Source: a bacterium
Lineage (GTDB): Bacteria > SAR324 > NAC60-12
Assembly (NCBI GenBank): GCA_965205865.1
Contig: CBDBHR010000010.1
Location: forward strand, 48,710 to 112,709
Reading direction: 5' to 3'
Length of the DNA stretch: 64,000 nt
Shown one piece after another: positions 42,907 through 53,229 of this stretch (the stretch's first letter is position 1; each line of letters begins with the position of its first letter). A model generated the notes under the pieces. It had not been told where the DNA came from. It saw only the letters and a list, made by a program, of their open reading frames with translations, and did not search any database. The translations under genes were made by a program, and so were the position numbers.

Positions 42907-44002
42907 GGGTTAGCGCATAGAGGACAATGCCCACGTATAAAATGAGCATCAACGCTGATTTGAATTGGTTGAGTGTGTAATTATTGGAATAAAAAAAGAC
43001 TATTGTTATTATTGTAGCTCCTATCAGAGTCCATAACAATTCTTTTTGAGGCAGTTCGATAAGGGTATATGCCGAACCGCCAAAAAACATCATTGCCACG
43101 GGAACACTCAAACAAACGCAGATGTCAAAGATATTGCTGCCAAAAACATTGGAAACCGCGGCATCATAGTTGCCTCGTTTTGCGCTGAGCACGGAAAGAA
43201 CGGTGTCCGGTACCGATGTTCCCGCGGCAATCACCACAAATGACATAATCACCGCATCAAATCCCAATAAGTTTCCCATACCAATCGAAGCCTCCACCAA
43301 CACGTAAGAAGTTCCTCCCATGACCAGCATCATGCCAATAATCCAAGCCCAGGCTTCTTTTTCACTGGCGATGCGCAATTCTTTCTTTTTCTTTTCAGGA
43401 GTTTCCGGGTGCGCTGTTTGTTCCTGATGATTCTTGTAGTGTTGGTGCAGTAAAAAGATATAGGCGACATAGAGGAAAAAGAAAACGGAAGCAATACCAA
43501 TACTCCATTCTGTCGTTTGGTATAAAAAAAACACCAGAACTGTTACCACAACGAGGTAAAAAAGACTGTCTCGCCAGATCACTTCGCGGCTGAGAACGAG
43601 TGGAGTGGCAGCGACCAGTCCGGATGCGGCAGGAATCACCAGCACATTGTACAAAGCCGAACCGGCTACGGTAGCCACACCAACTTCAAATCTTCCAATA
43701 ACGATTACTGCAATCACCACTACCGCAAATTCAGGAAACGAACTGGCAATGGCATCGATCACTGCGGCTTTAACGGATTGAGGAACATTATAATGCGCTT
43801 CAATAAATTCCGCAGCGGGAGAAAAATGGTCCGCCGCCCGCCAGATCACCAGAGAAGAGAGGGCAATCAATGAGAGATAATAGAAGAACTGCATCATACC
43901 AACCGGGAAGGGCCAGGTAATGATGGCAATTCCTCCTAAAATCAAACAAGGTTTATAAACGTTACGGCCTAAAAAACGTTCTAATTGGGTCAAGGGAAAC
44001 AT
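42899..44002 (-). CDS. Sodium:calcium antiporter family protein
   Basis: Alpha repeats ASSFPE..GSALYN and GTSVPD..GSNIFD. Confidence 0.92.
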   Translation of the reverse strand: MFPLTQLERFLGRNVYKPCLILGGIAIITWPFPVGMMQFFYYLSLIALSSLVIWRAADHFSPAAEFIEAHYNVPQSVKAAVIDAIASSFPEFAVVVIAVIVIGRFEVGVATVAGSALYNVLVIPAASGLVAATPLVLSREVIWRDSLFYLVVVTVLVFFLYQTTEWSIGIASVFFFLYVAYIFLLHQHYKNHQEQTAHPETPEKKKKELRIASEKEAWAWIIGMMLVMGGTSYVLVEASIGMGNLLGFDAVIMSFVVIAAGTSVPDTVLSVLSAKRGNYDAAVSNVFGSNIFDICVCLSVPVAMMFFGGSAYTLIELPQKELLWTLIGATIITIVFFYSNNYTLNQFKSALMLILYVGIVLYALTLA

Positions 44003-44043
44003 CTGGTTTCTAATTCGGAAGAAGTTGCAAGAGTAATAATCGG

Positions 44044-44676
44044 TTAATTGGATTTTTGAAAAATGTTGAGTTGTTTTTCTTCTCCTTTCAACAAGCGGGC
44101 AATATTCTCACGATGCCGGTATATCAGTAAGGCTGATAATCCGCAGAATAGCAAAAATTGCGGAAAGGATATCGTCTTTTCCATTCCCCACGGAATGATC
44201 AGAAATAAGAAAGGTAATAGTGTTAACGTCACGAGAGCCGCCAAACTGGAAATGCGTTTCACCAGAAACACGCCAACCCATACAAGCGCGGAGACCAGAC
44301 CAACGGGTAAGTGGAGCACGGCCAGCACGCCGAACAAAGTGGAAATTCCCTTGCCCCCCTTCAATTTCAGGAAAATGGAATAAATATGACCACAAACCAA
44401 GGCAATCCCCAAACAACTCCACTGGAACACAAGGACACTTCCGCTCTCATCCAGCAGCCATGGTCGAGCAATCGCCATCATTACCCCCCCTTTTGCGAAG
44501 TCCATTAAAAAGGTAAGAATGCCTGGCAGTTTCCCCCCCACTCGCATCACGTTCGTCATGCCAATATTTCCACTGCCTTTGGTGCGGATATCCACCCCAA
44601 GTATTCCTTTTCCAATTAAAAATCCGAAAGGAATGCTGCCAACACAATAGCCAATCAAGAGAAGAAGGTAAAACAT
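44044..44676 (-). CDS. plsY: Glycerol-3-phosphate acyltransferase PlsY
   Basis: GSIPFG, GSGNIGMTN, GGKG, HRENI. Confidence 0.95.
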   Translation of the reverse strand: MFYLLLLIGYCVGSIPFGFLIGKGILGVDIRTKGSGNIGMTNVMRVGGKLPGILTFLMDFAKGGVMMAIARPWLLDESGSVLVFQWSCLGIALVCGHIYSIFLKLKGGKGISTLFGVLAVLHLPVGLVSALVWVGVFLVKRISSLAALVTLTLLPFLFLIIPWGMEKTISFPQFLLFCGLSALLIYRHRENIARLLKGEEKQLNIFQKSN

Positions 44677-44939
44677 ACCAGGGTTACTTTTGCATGAGAA
44701 TCAAGAATTTGAGAAGAAACTATATCCAAAATTCCGGAATAAACCAATTGCTTTTCCAGGGACGCCGGATTAGAGGCGCCGTGGTCTGTCGATTTATAGG
44801 AAGGACGTTGGTAATATTCCATTGGCGTTCTATTACGCCCGTGATAAAAGAAAGTGAAGGTGACTCGAGGCTTTGTTGCGTAATTAAGCGAGATCACTCG
44901 TCTTGGCGGATGGACGGAAGGATTCATTGAAAACCGGCT

Positions 44940-45779
44940 ATGCCTGAAAAATGGGGACAGCATTTCTTGATCCGGCAATCTTTTGTCGACCAGATGCTGG
45001 AAACAGCACAAATCTCGACCGATGATCGCGTCCTGGAAATCGGTCCTGGCAAAGGGATGCTGACCCGCGCGTTGCTTGCGCGACAAGCGAGAGTCACGGC
45101 AATAGAGGTGGATCCGGTTTTGTATGGCTTCTTGAAAAAACATTTTGCCAGAGACGTGTCTCTGTTACTCCTCCATCGCGATGTCTTAGAGTGCGACAGG
45201 GAATTTTTAGCAAACCTGTATCCCAATCCCTACAAAGTGGTGGCAAACCTTCCTTACAGTATTGCCACTCCCATCTTTTTCAAACTCTTGGAACTACGTC
45301 CTTGGTTGCAAACAATCACGGTGATGATTCAAAAAGAAGTCGCCCAACGGATCTGTGCCACCATCAAAAAACGCTCTTTCTATGGAGTGCTCTCACTCGT
45401 GGCGGAATTGGGATTTGAACGCAGACTGGCATTTTCGATTCCTCCCACGGCCTTCTCTCCTATTCCCAAGGTGGAATCTGCGGTGGTACACTTGGTTCCG
45501 AAACCCAGGCTGTTTTCTGCCAAAGAGGAGCAGATTTTTCTCAAGTGGATACAGCGTGTTTTCAATCAACGCCGCAAGACATTGTTGAACAATCTCCAGC
45601 GCTGCTGTCCTACTGAATTCAAACGTCATGAAATATATCTAAAAGAAAAGTATGCGCAAAAACGAGCCGAAACCCTCACCTTGCAAGAGTTAATCGATCT
45701 GTTCCAACTGCTTTTTCAAGCAGAGGGACAACTGCCTCTAACAGGTACCTCAAACCATAAGAAAGCAATTTCGCAATAA
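44940..45779 (+). CDS. rsmA: 16S rRNA dimethyladenosine transferase RsmA/KsgA
   Basis: GQHFL, EIGPGKG, ANLPY, QKEVA, RRKTL. Confidence 0.95.
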   Translation: MPEKWGQHFLIRQSFVDQMLETAQISTDDRVLEIGPGKGMLTRALLARQARVTAIEVDPVLYGFLKKHFARDVSLLLLHRDVLECDREFLANLYPNPYKVVANLPYSIATPIFFKLLELRPWLQTITVMIQKEVAQRICATIKKRSFYGVLSLVAELGFERRLAFSIPPTAFSPIPKVESAVVHLVPKPRLFSAKEEQIFLKWIQRVFNQRRKTLLNNLQRCCPTEFKRHEIYLKEKYAQKRAETLTLQELIDLFQLLFQAEGQLPLTGTSNHKKAISQ

Positions 45780-45848
45780 CCGCTTTTTCAAGGAAAGCTT
45801 CTTCACCTTCTATTCCGTTTTGGAAATTTTTTGATTTTCCCCGAGACC

Positions 45849-46655
45849 ATGTTGGAACTGAGAAAAGAGCACAATCGCAATTTGGCTGGTCGACTGTTGG
45901 ACGGGATTCGATGGTTCATTCCTCCGAAATGCTGGGATTGCCAGCAATGGCTGGTCCGGGAAAAGATCACCCTGCAACAACCCCCGCAAAATGCATATCC
46001 CTTTCTCTGCAAGCATTGTCTGAAAAATCTACCGTGGACGATACCGGAGTTCTGCTGTACCCATTGTGGTCAGCAAACTGGCGAACCCAACCGGAAATAT
46101 TGTGCGGAATGCCTGGAGCGTCCTTTCTATTTTGATCAACTTTGGGGTGGTTTTCACTATGATGGGCGGATTCAACAGTGGATTACACAATACAAATATG
46201 GGAAAAAAATGCACATGGCCCCCTTGCTGGGGCGCTTGCTTTCCTTGAGTCTGGATCGCTATGCTTTGCCTGCTGAGGTGGATGGCGTCGTTCCCATTCC
46301 CTTGCACCGGAAACGATTGTGGGAAAGAGGATTCAATCAAGCATTGCTGCTGGGTCATCATACTTTTACGAAATCATCCCTCCTGCAACCTTATTGGCTG
46401 CAGCGGGTCCGGCTTACCGTTCCACAAACCAGACTTTCCTTCAAAATGCGGCTCCAGAATATGGAAAATGCCTTTCAAGCCGATCCCCAGGTTGAAGGGA
46501 AACACCTACTGCTCCTCGATGATGTAATGACCACAGGTGCCACTCTCAATGCAGCAACTCGAGCACTGAAAGAAAGGGGAGCCCTCTTTGTCGGAGTGGT
46601 AGTACTGGCGCGTAGAATGCGATCCGCATCCCTTATTACGGAATATCAGCTTTAG
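45849..46655 (+). CDS. comF: ComF family protein (zinc finger + phosphoribosyltransferase)
   Basis: CxxC pairs, ERGFNQA, LLDDVMTTGAT. Confidence 0.92.
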   Translation: MLELRKEHNRNLAGRLLDGIRWFIPPKCWDCQQWLVREKITLQQPPQNAYPFLCKHCLKNLPWTIPEFCCTHCGQQTGEPNRKYCAECLERPFYFDQLWGGFHYDGRIQQWITQYKYGKKMHMAPLLGRLLSLSLDRYALPAEVDGVVPIPLHRKRLWERGFNQALLLGHHTFTKSSLLQPYWLQRVRLTVPQTRLSFKMRLQNMENAFQADPQVEGKHLLLLDDVMTTGATLNAATRALKERGALFVGVVVLARRMRSASLITEYQL

Positions 46656-46834
46656 TCTCTTCGTGTCTGATTCTTAAAAATTTGCTGCATGACTATTCGT
46701 TCCCTCGCTACGCGTCCCCCGAGACCGAGAAGCAATCGATTCGACATTCCCACGCAAAAGGTGAGATCAATTCTAATAACTCGATCTTGCCGCAGGAGTG
46801 TATTTTCTTAAGAATATTTCATGATATGCTTACA

Positions 46835-46883
46835 AAATAGATATATTTAATTTTTAATATAAAAAAAGTTGATATATCTATTT
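46835..46883. promoter_or_regulatory. Inverted-repeat operator candidate upstream of the WYL regulator
   Basis: AAATAGATATAT-N25-ATATATCTATTT. Confidence 0.65.
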
Positions 46884-46907
46884 AAAGTGTATATTTTGGA
46901 ACCCATT

Positions 46908-47750
46908 ATGAAATGGGAACAACAACAACGTCTGACAATCTTGGAATTGACTGTGCTTTTCAGAGGACAGTTGACAACCAAAGCATTGACAAAAACTTTT
47001 GGAGTGGGACGAGTGCAGGCTTCCAAAGATTTCACTTTCTATCAGCTACGATTTCCTGAGAATTTGGAATATAACCGCAAAAAGAAATGCTACCTGCCTA
47101 CCGGGCAATTCGAGCCCGGCTTTCTACCTAAAAATGGGGATGAAATGCTGAAGATGTTCTGCCAGTATATCCAACCGGAAGCGTTTCTTTTTTTTGGAGA
47201 AAACCAATTCAATGCTGCTCTGGAAGTCATCACTCCCATTAACCGAGTGATGGATTGGCAAGTGGTTTCCCGACTCAGTCAGGCCATCCATCAAGAGAAA
47301 ATTATACGAATTGAATACCAAGCGATGAGCCGGGAAGATCCCAATCAGCGTGAGATTGCCCCCCATTCCTTCGTATTCAATGGCTATCGCTGGCATGTGA
47401 GAGCCTATTGTATGACCAAGAAAAAATACCAGGATTTTTTACCGACCCGCATCTTGGGGGTGCCTCAATTGGGAGACGAAGCTCCGTTTGGAGTTTCAGA
47501 GGACAGGGATTGGAACGAAACAGTCGAAGTAGTGCTCGTTCCCAATCCTCAATATGCGGTGAATCGTAAACAAGTCATTGCTCATGAATATGGTATGAAA
47601 GATGAGCAATTGAAGATTGTTTTGAAAAAAGCGCTCGTCGGCTACTACTTGCAGTATCTCAGGTTGGATCGGCAAGATGCTGAAAAAGACCCACATCAGC
47701 AAATCTTTGTTTTGAACCGTGAAGCCTTGAGGCCCTACATTTGGTTTTGA
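46908..47750 (+). CDS. wHTH-WYL-WCX transcriptional regulator (CapW/BrxR-like)
   Basis: QRL..LE...FG....QASKD HTH; YQAMS, REIAPH, RWHVRAYC, DF..TRI, DRDW. Confidence 0.88.
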   Translation: MKWEQQQRLTILELTVLFRGQLTTKALTKTFGVGRVQASKDFTFYQLRFPENLEYNRKKKCYLPTGQFEPGFLPKNGDEMLKMFCQYIQPEAFLFFGENQFNAALEVITPINRVMDWQVVSRLSQAIHQEKIIRIEYQAMSREDPNQREIAPHSFVFNGYRWHVRAYCMTKKKYQDFLPTRILGVPQLGDEAPFGVSEDRDWNETVEVVLVPNPQYAVNRKQVIAHEYGMKDEQLKIVLKKALVGYYLQYLRLDRQDAEKDPHQQIFVLNREALRPYIWF

Positions 47751-47863
47751 CAGTTATTTCCCGCTCTACCTCCCCAAAGATGCTTCTGTTATCAGCTGAA
47801 GCAAGGGAGGTTGAGCAGTAGTTGGAGAGGAAGACAGGAAAAACAGTCCAAAGGAGGATTCAC

Positions 47864-48172
47864 ATGACACGACAATTAAGCGTCCCCTCTTGGGAATACC
47901 CACAAACTGTTGGCACGGCGGTTCAAAAACTGATAGCGCATCTTTCCCCTCTGGAAATTGAAGAAATCCGCAATGCATCCCGTGATGACTTGGAAAGCTT
48001 TCAGTTGTCGCTGGGTTCCTGGATTAGCCACAATTTCGGCCTTTGGTACCAGAATCAACAATTGCTCAATTCCTGCAAAACTACCATCGGCATCCATCAA
48101 GCCCTGAACCTGAATCCGGACCATGCTTCCGAAGTGATCATAGAATCACTCTGGGAATGCCTGCAAAAATAA
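47864..48172 (+). CDS. DUF6794-like small protein
   Basis: PQTV..AV, LGSWISHNFGLW, PDHASEVIIESLW; AGGAGG RBS. Confidence 0.65.
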   Translation: MTRQLSVPSWEYPQTVGTAVQKLIAHLSPLEIEEIRNASRDDLESFQLSLGSWISHNFGLWYQNQQLLNSCKTTIGIHQALNLNPDHASEVIIESLWECLQK

Positions 48173-48189
48173 TGGATTCCAAGCACCTC

Positions 48190-48891
48190 TCAGTTTAAGA
48201 CGATGGTACTGACCAAGCCGATTGCAGCGCCAAAAACACCACCCCAGACCACCAACCATCCCAAGTGTTCACGGATCATTTGATCAATGATTTGCCTTAC
48301 TTGCTCAGGGCTGAGTTCGGCAAGACGATCGTCGACCATCCATTCTACTTTGGGTCTGAATTCCTCGAAACCTATTTCTTTGCGCAAAAAAGCCGTCACG
48401 TCGATTTTTGATAGCAATTCCTGCAATTGTTTGTGAAATTCTTTTTGGAATGGCGCTTTCAAGGGTTGCAAGGCCTGTTCGCCTCCGAGCAGCCCAAGCA
48501 TGCCGCCGAAGGGAGATTCTTTGATCACCAGGACAAATCCGTCAAACACTCTTTCGAAGTCCACCTGCCCCGCAATCCAATCCGTGGGAATTTCAGTCGG
48601 CAGAGTCTTTTCAGTCATTTGGACAAAATTTGTTTCCGTAAAAAAATTGTCCATGATCAACGAACGGATACCCGACTTGAATTCTTCGAAATGGAGTGGA
48701 ATGATTCCGGATCCGTAGAAGCCGGGCACTTTTTCAAAAAGCATATGAATTGCCAACCAATTGGTCAATGCTCCGGAAAGAGCAAACAGGGCGGCTTGGG
48801 TGAGGTAGACTTGTCCGGTAAAGGAAGGGCTCCAATAAGCGACGAGAAAGACAATGGCGGCGATGAGATTTGTGAGAAAGCTCTTGCTCAT
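48190..48891 (-). CDS. DUF445 family membrane protein
   Basis: GALTNWLAIHMLFEKVP, HLGWLVVWGGVFG. Confidence 0.88.
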   Translation of the reverse strand: MSKSFLTNLIAAIVFLVAYWSPSFTGQVYLTQAALFALSGALTNWLAIHMLFEKVPGFYGSGIIPLHFEEFKSGIRSLIMDNFFTETNFVQMTEKTLPTEIPTDWIAGQVDFERVFDGFVLVIKESPFGGMLGLLGGEQALQPLKAPFQKEFHKQLQELLSKIDVTAFLRKEIGFEEFRPKVEWMVDDRLAELSPEQVRQIIDQMIREHLGWLVVWGGVFGAAIGLVSTIVLN

Positions 48892-48894
48892 AAT

Positions 48895-49968
48895 TCAAAG
48901 GATCGGTTCCAACCACTGAAACATGTCTTGTGCCTTGCCGTATTGGATTCTCATAATTTCATCAAAAAATCGACGAGCAATGGGACCGGTGGCGCCATTA
49001 CCAATAGGGTGTTCTTTCCCCTGGTAATGCAGAGCGCTCACGGGAGAGATGACCGCGGCTGTGCCGGAGCCGAAAATTTCTGTCAAACTTCCGTCTTCAA
49101 TGGCTTGCACTGCCTCGTCGATTGTAATCCGACGCTCTGAAGTTTTCAAATCCCAGCTGCGACTGAGCTGCAGCACGGAATCGCGGGTAATTCCGGGGAG
49201 TATGGTGCCTGTCAACTGTGGAGTGACGATTTCGTCATTGATCACAAAAAAGATATTCATGGACCCCACTTCTTCCACATAGCGCCGCTCCACTGCGTCC
49301 AGCCAGAGGACTTGGGTGTAACCTTTTTCTTTGGATTTCTTTTCGGCCAGAGTGCTGGCAGCATAATTGCCGGCGGTTTTGGCTTCTCCCACACCGCCGG
49401 GAGCAGCCCTTGTGTATTCTTCGGACACAATGATTTTTACCGGATTGAAGCCTTCCGGATAATAGGGTCCCACCGGGCAAAGGATTATGAAAAACAAGAA
49501 ACTGGCGGATTCTTTGAGCCCCAAGGCCGGTTCTGTTGCAATGACAGTGGGTCGGATATACAAAGAAGTGCCTTCTTCTTTGGGAATCCAGTCGATCTCG
49601 AGCCGCAGTAGTTTCTTGAGCGCATTCAGGACAAATTGCTCATCGAATTCGGGCAAACACATCCTGCGGGCTGTACGGTTCATGCGGGCAAAGTTTTGAT
49701 CAGGGCGAAAGAGGACATAGCTGCCACTTGAAGTGTGATAGGCTTTTAAACCTTCGAAGGATTCCTGACCGTAATGGAAAATGATGGCGGATGGCTCCAG
49801 CGTCAAATGATGATACGGTTCGATGCGCGCGTCATGCCAACCTGTACCTCGATCCCATTCCATGAGGAACATGTGATTGGTGAATTGCGTGCCGAATATC
49901 AGATTGGAAACATCCTGAGGCGGTGTTTTCTTATCCTCTCGCAAAACGGTTGTGATTTTGATTTCCAT
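48895..49968 (-). CDS. ilvE: Branched-chain amino acid aminotransferase
   Basis: HYGQESFEGLKAY, LYIRP, AKTAGNYA, EEVGSMN, ILPGITR, GSGTAA. Confidence 0.96.
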   Translation of the reverse strand: MEIKITTVLREDKKTPPQDVSNLIFGTQFTNHMFLMEWDRGTGWHDARIEPYHHLTLEPSAIIFHYGQESFEGLKAYHTSSGSYVLFRPDQNFARMNRTARRMCLPEFDEQFVLNALKKLLRLEIDWIPKEEGTSLYIRPTVIATEPALGLKESASFLFFIILCPVGPYYPEGFNPVKIIVSEEYTRAAPGGVGEAKTAGNYAASTLAEKKSKEKGYTQVLWLDAVERRYVEEVGSMNIFFVINDEIVTPQLTGTILPGITRDSVLQLSRSWDLKTSERRITIDEAVQAIEDGSLTEIFGSGTAAVISPVSALHYQGKEHPIGNGATGPIARRFFDEIMRIQYGKAQDMFQWLEPIL

Positions 49969-50010
49969 AAGGCTCCCTGAAAAAATACAAGACCCTTGAC
50001 TTTAGTTCGA

Positions 50011-50157
50011 TCAGCGGGCGTTGAGTTGTTGAATAGTCTGATAGAGTTGTTCTTGACGGATTTCATCGTAATTGACGAGAAAATAAACGATCAAACTTCC
50101 CATTACCAGGATCAATGTGATTCCAATACTTGCTGCAACTTTTTCACTTCGGCGCAT
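50011..50157 (-). CDS. Small single-pass membrane protein
   Basis: MRRSEK followed by one hydrophobic helix; co-oriented upstream of ilvE. Confidence 0.5.
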   Translation of the reverse strand: MRRSEKVAASIGITLILVMGSLIVYFLVNYDEIRQEQLYQTIQQLNAR

Positions 50158-50324
50158 ACCTCGACTTCGCAATGATTCGTTCTCAACTTCCAAGCATCGG
50201 ACGGCTTATGCCAGTTAAACGTGTCATGATACGAAAAACCTCCGGCGCAAGTCAAGATGTTGTCGAGTTTTGTAATTTGAGGTATTCAATCCTCTTTCAG
50301 AAAATTCCATGGAAATGACCCCTC

Positions 50325-50440
50325 ATCGGGATTCATTCCTCCTGTGACCCTTTGGACGAAGAAGGCTACGTCCATCTGCCCCGGGAACCGGGGTTGGGAT
50401 ATCGAATCGAGTGGGATTATATCATGGAAAATCAGGTCTC
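50325..50440 (+). pseudogene. C-terminal fragment of mandelate racemase/enolase superfamily protein
   Basis: LDEEGYVHLPREPGLGYRIEWDYI. Confidence 0.6.
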
Positions 50441-50502
50441 GGACGTGGAACGCGCGCTCGGTACCTCCGAGGATTTCACCCTTGAACAAGCCATTCAAAA
50501 AA

Positions 50503-50880
50503 AGGTAGTACTCTTTCATGAGGTGATAGAGAGATTGTACTCGATGATGAACCAATGGGTCACCCTTTCATGCCACCAGTCGCTCCGCTTCGTCGGCCTC
50601 CGGCATGTCTGACTCGCAGGCAGGGAGCAGGGTCTCCCTGACCTCCGGGAGGGTGTCGAGTTTTTTTCAGCCAACTCTCCACCGTGTCGCGGGAAAGCTT
50701 GAAGGCCCGGGCAATGCCACGGATGTTCATGCGTTCGCGGTAGACCCGCAAAACCCGCTTCTTCATCTCCTGCGAGTATCCCTTGGGTTTGGGATTGAGA
50801 ACCCGTCGTCCTTGCGTGCTCTGGCACGACAAGGCACTGGTGAACGGGTGCGCGTTAACTGCTCGGGACGTCGTATTTAT
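50503..50880 (-). mobile_element. IS1 family remnant (InsA part plus the extreme InsB end)
   Basis: GYSQEMKKRVLRVYRERMNIRGIARAF..TVESWLKK, A7C frameshift motif, KRSDWWH...WFIIEYN; GGTAGT end. Confidence 0.7.
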
Positions 50881-51102
50881 CTTCCACCGGGCATACGGTA
50901 TGGGCAACGGTTTCACAGAGCCTATTCCCAATTTTTTGGCTCATGCCGAAGATGGAGCGCTAAAGATTTTTTATTGCGGACCTCCATTGTTGCGCAATCC
51001 TCCTGATCCTGACTTGCTAAAGGAAATTTTTTAATCTTCCGTATTTGTTCCCCACGAAGCTTGTCCCTGCGAAAGCAGGGAGCAGGAATCCGGAGATATG
51101 CA

Positions 51103-51593
51103 GCCTGGTCTTGGGGATTGCCGGAGGCATCGGTGGCTCCAGAGTCGTCCGAAGCGCCGTGGTGGGCATTAAAGAGAATGACTATTTTCTGGCAGCCCGG
51201 GCCGTGGGCACCCCCACGACCCAAATCCTGATCCGCCATGTCCTGCCCAATATCATGGCGCCCCTCCTCATCATCTTCTCGATCAACATCGGAGGCGTCA
51301 TCATTGCCGAGGCGTCGCTGAGTTTCCTCGGATTCGGACTGCCCATCAAGGTTTCCAGCTGGGGAGGGATGCTCAGCCGGGAAGGGCTTCAGTACATGGA
51401 GATGGCCCCCCGGCTGGCGCTCTGGCCTGGTTTTGCCCTGACGATTACCGTCTACTCCCTCAACATGTTCGGCGACGCGGTGAGAGACCTGCCGGTTCCC
51501 CGGCTGAAGGGCGGTCAGGGAAGTTACGGCGCCGCGACGGGGAAACGTAAAAGAGGCTTCCTGGCCCGGCTGCTCAACCCTTTCAAATGGTGA
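51103..51593 (+). pseudogene. Peptide ABC permease (DppC-like) C-terminal half
   Basis: AARAVG, RHVLPN, AEASLSFLGFG, SWGGML, NMFGDAVRD; 5' end replaced by REP-like sequence 51047-51106. Confidence 0.8.
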
Positions 51594-51616
51594 GCGGGTA
51601 AAAATTATGGAAATAT

Positions 51617-51940
51617 TTGCTTGCTGATGGGAAGTCATGGCAAACACTCCATCTTCACGATTTTGATCCTGTAAACTTCGATCGTGAATTTCTTGGGACC
51701 TATTGCCGAGAAAACAAGCAACAACCCGGCAGACCCGAAGTCCTTTTCCTGGGAAACGGCTTCGAATCCAATGATGCTTTCGGAAAATCCGGAGCTGCAT
51801 GGCGTTCTCAGGATGCTGGAAAAACCTGGCAGCGGATGCCGCTACCCGTCGAACCATTTTCAACAGTCTGGGATTTCGCAGTCCACCCTGCTGATCCGAA
51901 TCGGGTTTATGCCTGCACGATCTTTGGGGAAATCTTCCTT
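51617..51940 (+). pseudogene. BNR/Asp-box beta-propeller protein fragment
   Basis: ADGKSW, RSQDAGKTW, AVHPADPNRVY. Confidence 0.6.
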
Positions 51941-51943
51941 TAT

Positions 51944-52123
51944 TTAATCTGCGTTAAGATTCTTTAAAATATTTTTTGCTAATGGCTCTTTAATTTCGGT
52001 TTGTCGAGGGACAGCTTCCATCGCCCCGTCTTTTGGATTAATCCAAAGGGAGTGAGAACCTCCTTCCCGTTTAAGGTAGCAGCCTGCAATTCTCAGCCCT
52101 CGTTCCAGGTCTCTTCTTTTCAT
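51944..52123 (-). CDS. hicA: HicA family toxin, 59 aa (not in the ORF track)
   Basis: MKRRDLERGLRIAGCYLKREGGSHSLWINPKDGAMEAVPRQTEIKEPLAKNILKNLNAD; ATGA overlap with hicB. Confidence 0.85.
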   Translation of the reverse strand: MKRRDLERGLRIAGCYLKREGGSHSLWINPKDGAMEAVPRQTEIKEPLAKNILKNLNAD

Positions 52124-52338
52124 CCAATCAACACCTTGTCTTGGATAGCATCCTCTGGCAGCCCTCGGAGAATATCGGCTTTGCGGTCCTCAAAGATCAA
52201 TTCAATTGCCAGTCGTAGATTATTCTTGGTTTCTTCTATAGTTTCACCTTGTCCATTGGCTCCTGGCACTTCAAGACAGATAGCCCAGAATCCGCCTTTG
52301 GGTGCAGCTTCTATAATTGCTGTAAATTCTGCTTTCAT
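52120..52338 (-). CDS. hicB: HicB family antitoxin
   Basis: EVPGANGQGETIEE..NLRLAIEL; AGGAG RBS. Confidence 0.88.
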   Translation of the reverse strand: MKAEFTAIIEAAPKGGFWAICLEVPGANGQGETIEETKNNLRLAIELIFEDRKADILRGLPEDAIQDKVLIG

Positions 52339-52458
52339 TATAATCTCCTATTGTTTGTTTATGATCAAACGTTGTGTTCAATAGTAGCGGAAGCATGCCA
52401 CTAAAACCGAAAAAGGCCATGAGTTGCGCCTGATAGCAACCCTTTTGAAGGTCGGAAT

Positions 52459-52825
52459 GGGGTCAGGCTTGCAAGTTTGCAAATTTAAGAAAACATTTTT
52501 AGGTGGAGTTCTTTTAACCGTTCTTGGAGATTTGTGGATTCCTTCAATCTTTCTCTCAACTTATACACTCCACGACTGAAAGTTGCATCATCTCGCTTGA
52601 GAGCATTTGCCACTTCCCGGATTGTTGCAGATTTCCAATCGAAGACTGATAAAAGCGAAGAGAGTCGCTGTCATCGAAAAAATACGTTGCCCCCATTGCC
52701 TCGAAGTATCACATAATAAAGCGCACCAGGATACTACAAACGCAGTTTCAGAGACATCTTGGCAAATTGAAACGGTTAAAATTTAAAAAAATACCCCATT
52801 TTTGCAAACTTGCAAGCCTGACCCC
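52459..52825 (-). mobile_element. RAYT-derived miniature element, copy 2, with perfect 25-bp terminal inverted repeats
   Basis: GGGGTCAGGCTTGCAAGTTTGCAAA at 52459-52483 and its reverse complement at 52801-52825; YPGALYYVILRGNG remnant; same internal deletion as copy 1. Confidence 0.88.
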
Positions 52826-52839
52826 GATACTGACCCCGA

Positions 52840-53120
52840 TAAGATGCTGACTATCGGCCGAGCCTTGCTGAGACAACCGCGCTTGCTGTTGCCGGATGAA
52901 CCCCTCGGAAGGCGTGTGGGTCGGTGTGGTTTCCGAGATTGGAGACCGCTTATGCGATTTGGCCCGGTAGATGACAATCGTGATTGTTGAACAAAACATC
53001 GATCTGGGATTGCGTGTGGCTGATTTGGCCTATATAATACTCCGCGGGGAAATTGTTTTAAGTGGTTCAGCCGAGGAAATTCAAAAAGAAAATCGACTGA
53101 AGCAGTATCTGGCACCCTGA
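52840..53120 (+). pseudogene. LivF-like ABC ATPase C-terminal fragment
   Basis: MLTIGRALLRQPRLLLPDEP, IVIVEQN...GEIVLSGSAEEI. Confidence 0.75.
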
Positions 53121-53229
53121 CAACGAGGAGAAGCCGGCGATTATCTCTGGCCACGGATAGCAAATCCTTCGAATACGCGGCTTGGTGATTTCATCAGCCG
53201 TCCTTACACCATAGACCGGGGTTCATTGC

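Noticed and set aside
50922-51863. 313-aa minus-strand ORF
   Set aside because: Antisense shadow across dppC, BNR and repeat fragments
52355-52455. Possible attC upstream of hicB (TTGAAC-ACAAC-GTTTGAT on the minus strand)
   Set aside because: Only the right half is plausible; no convincing complementary left arm
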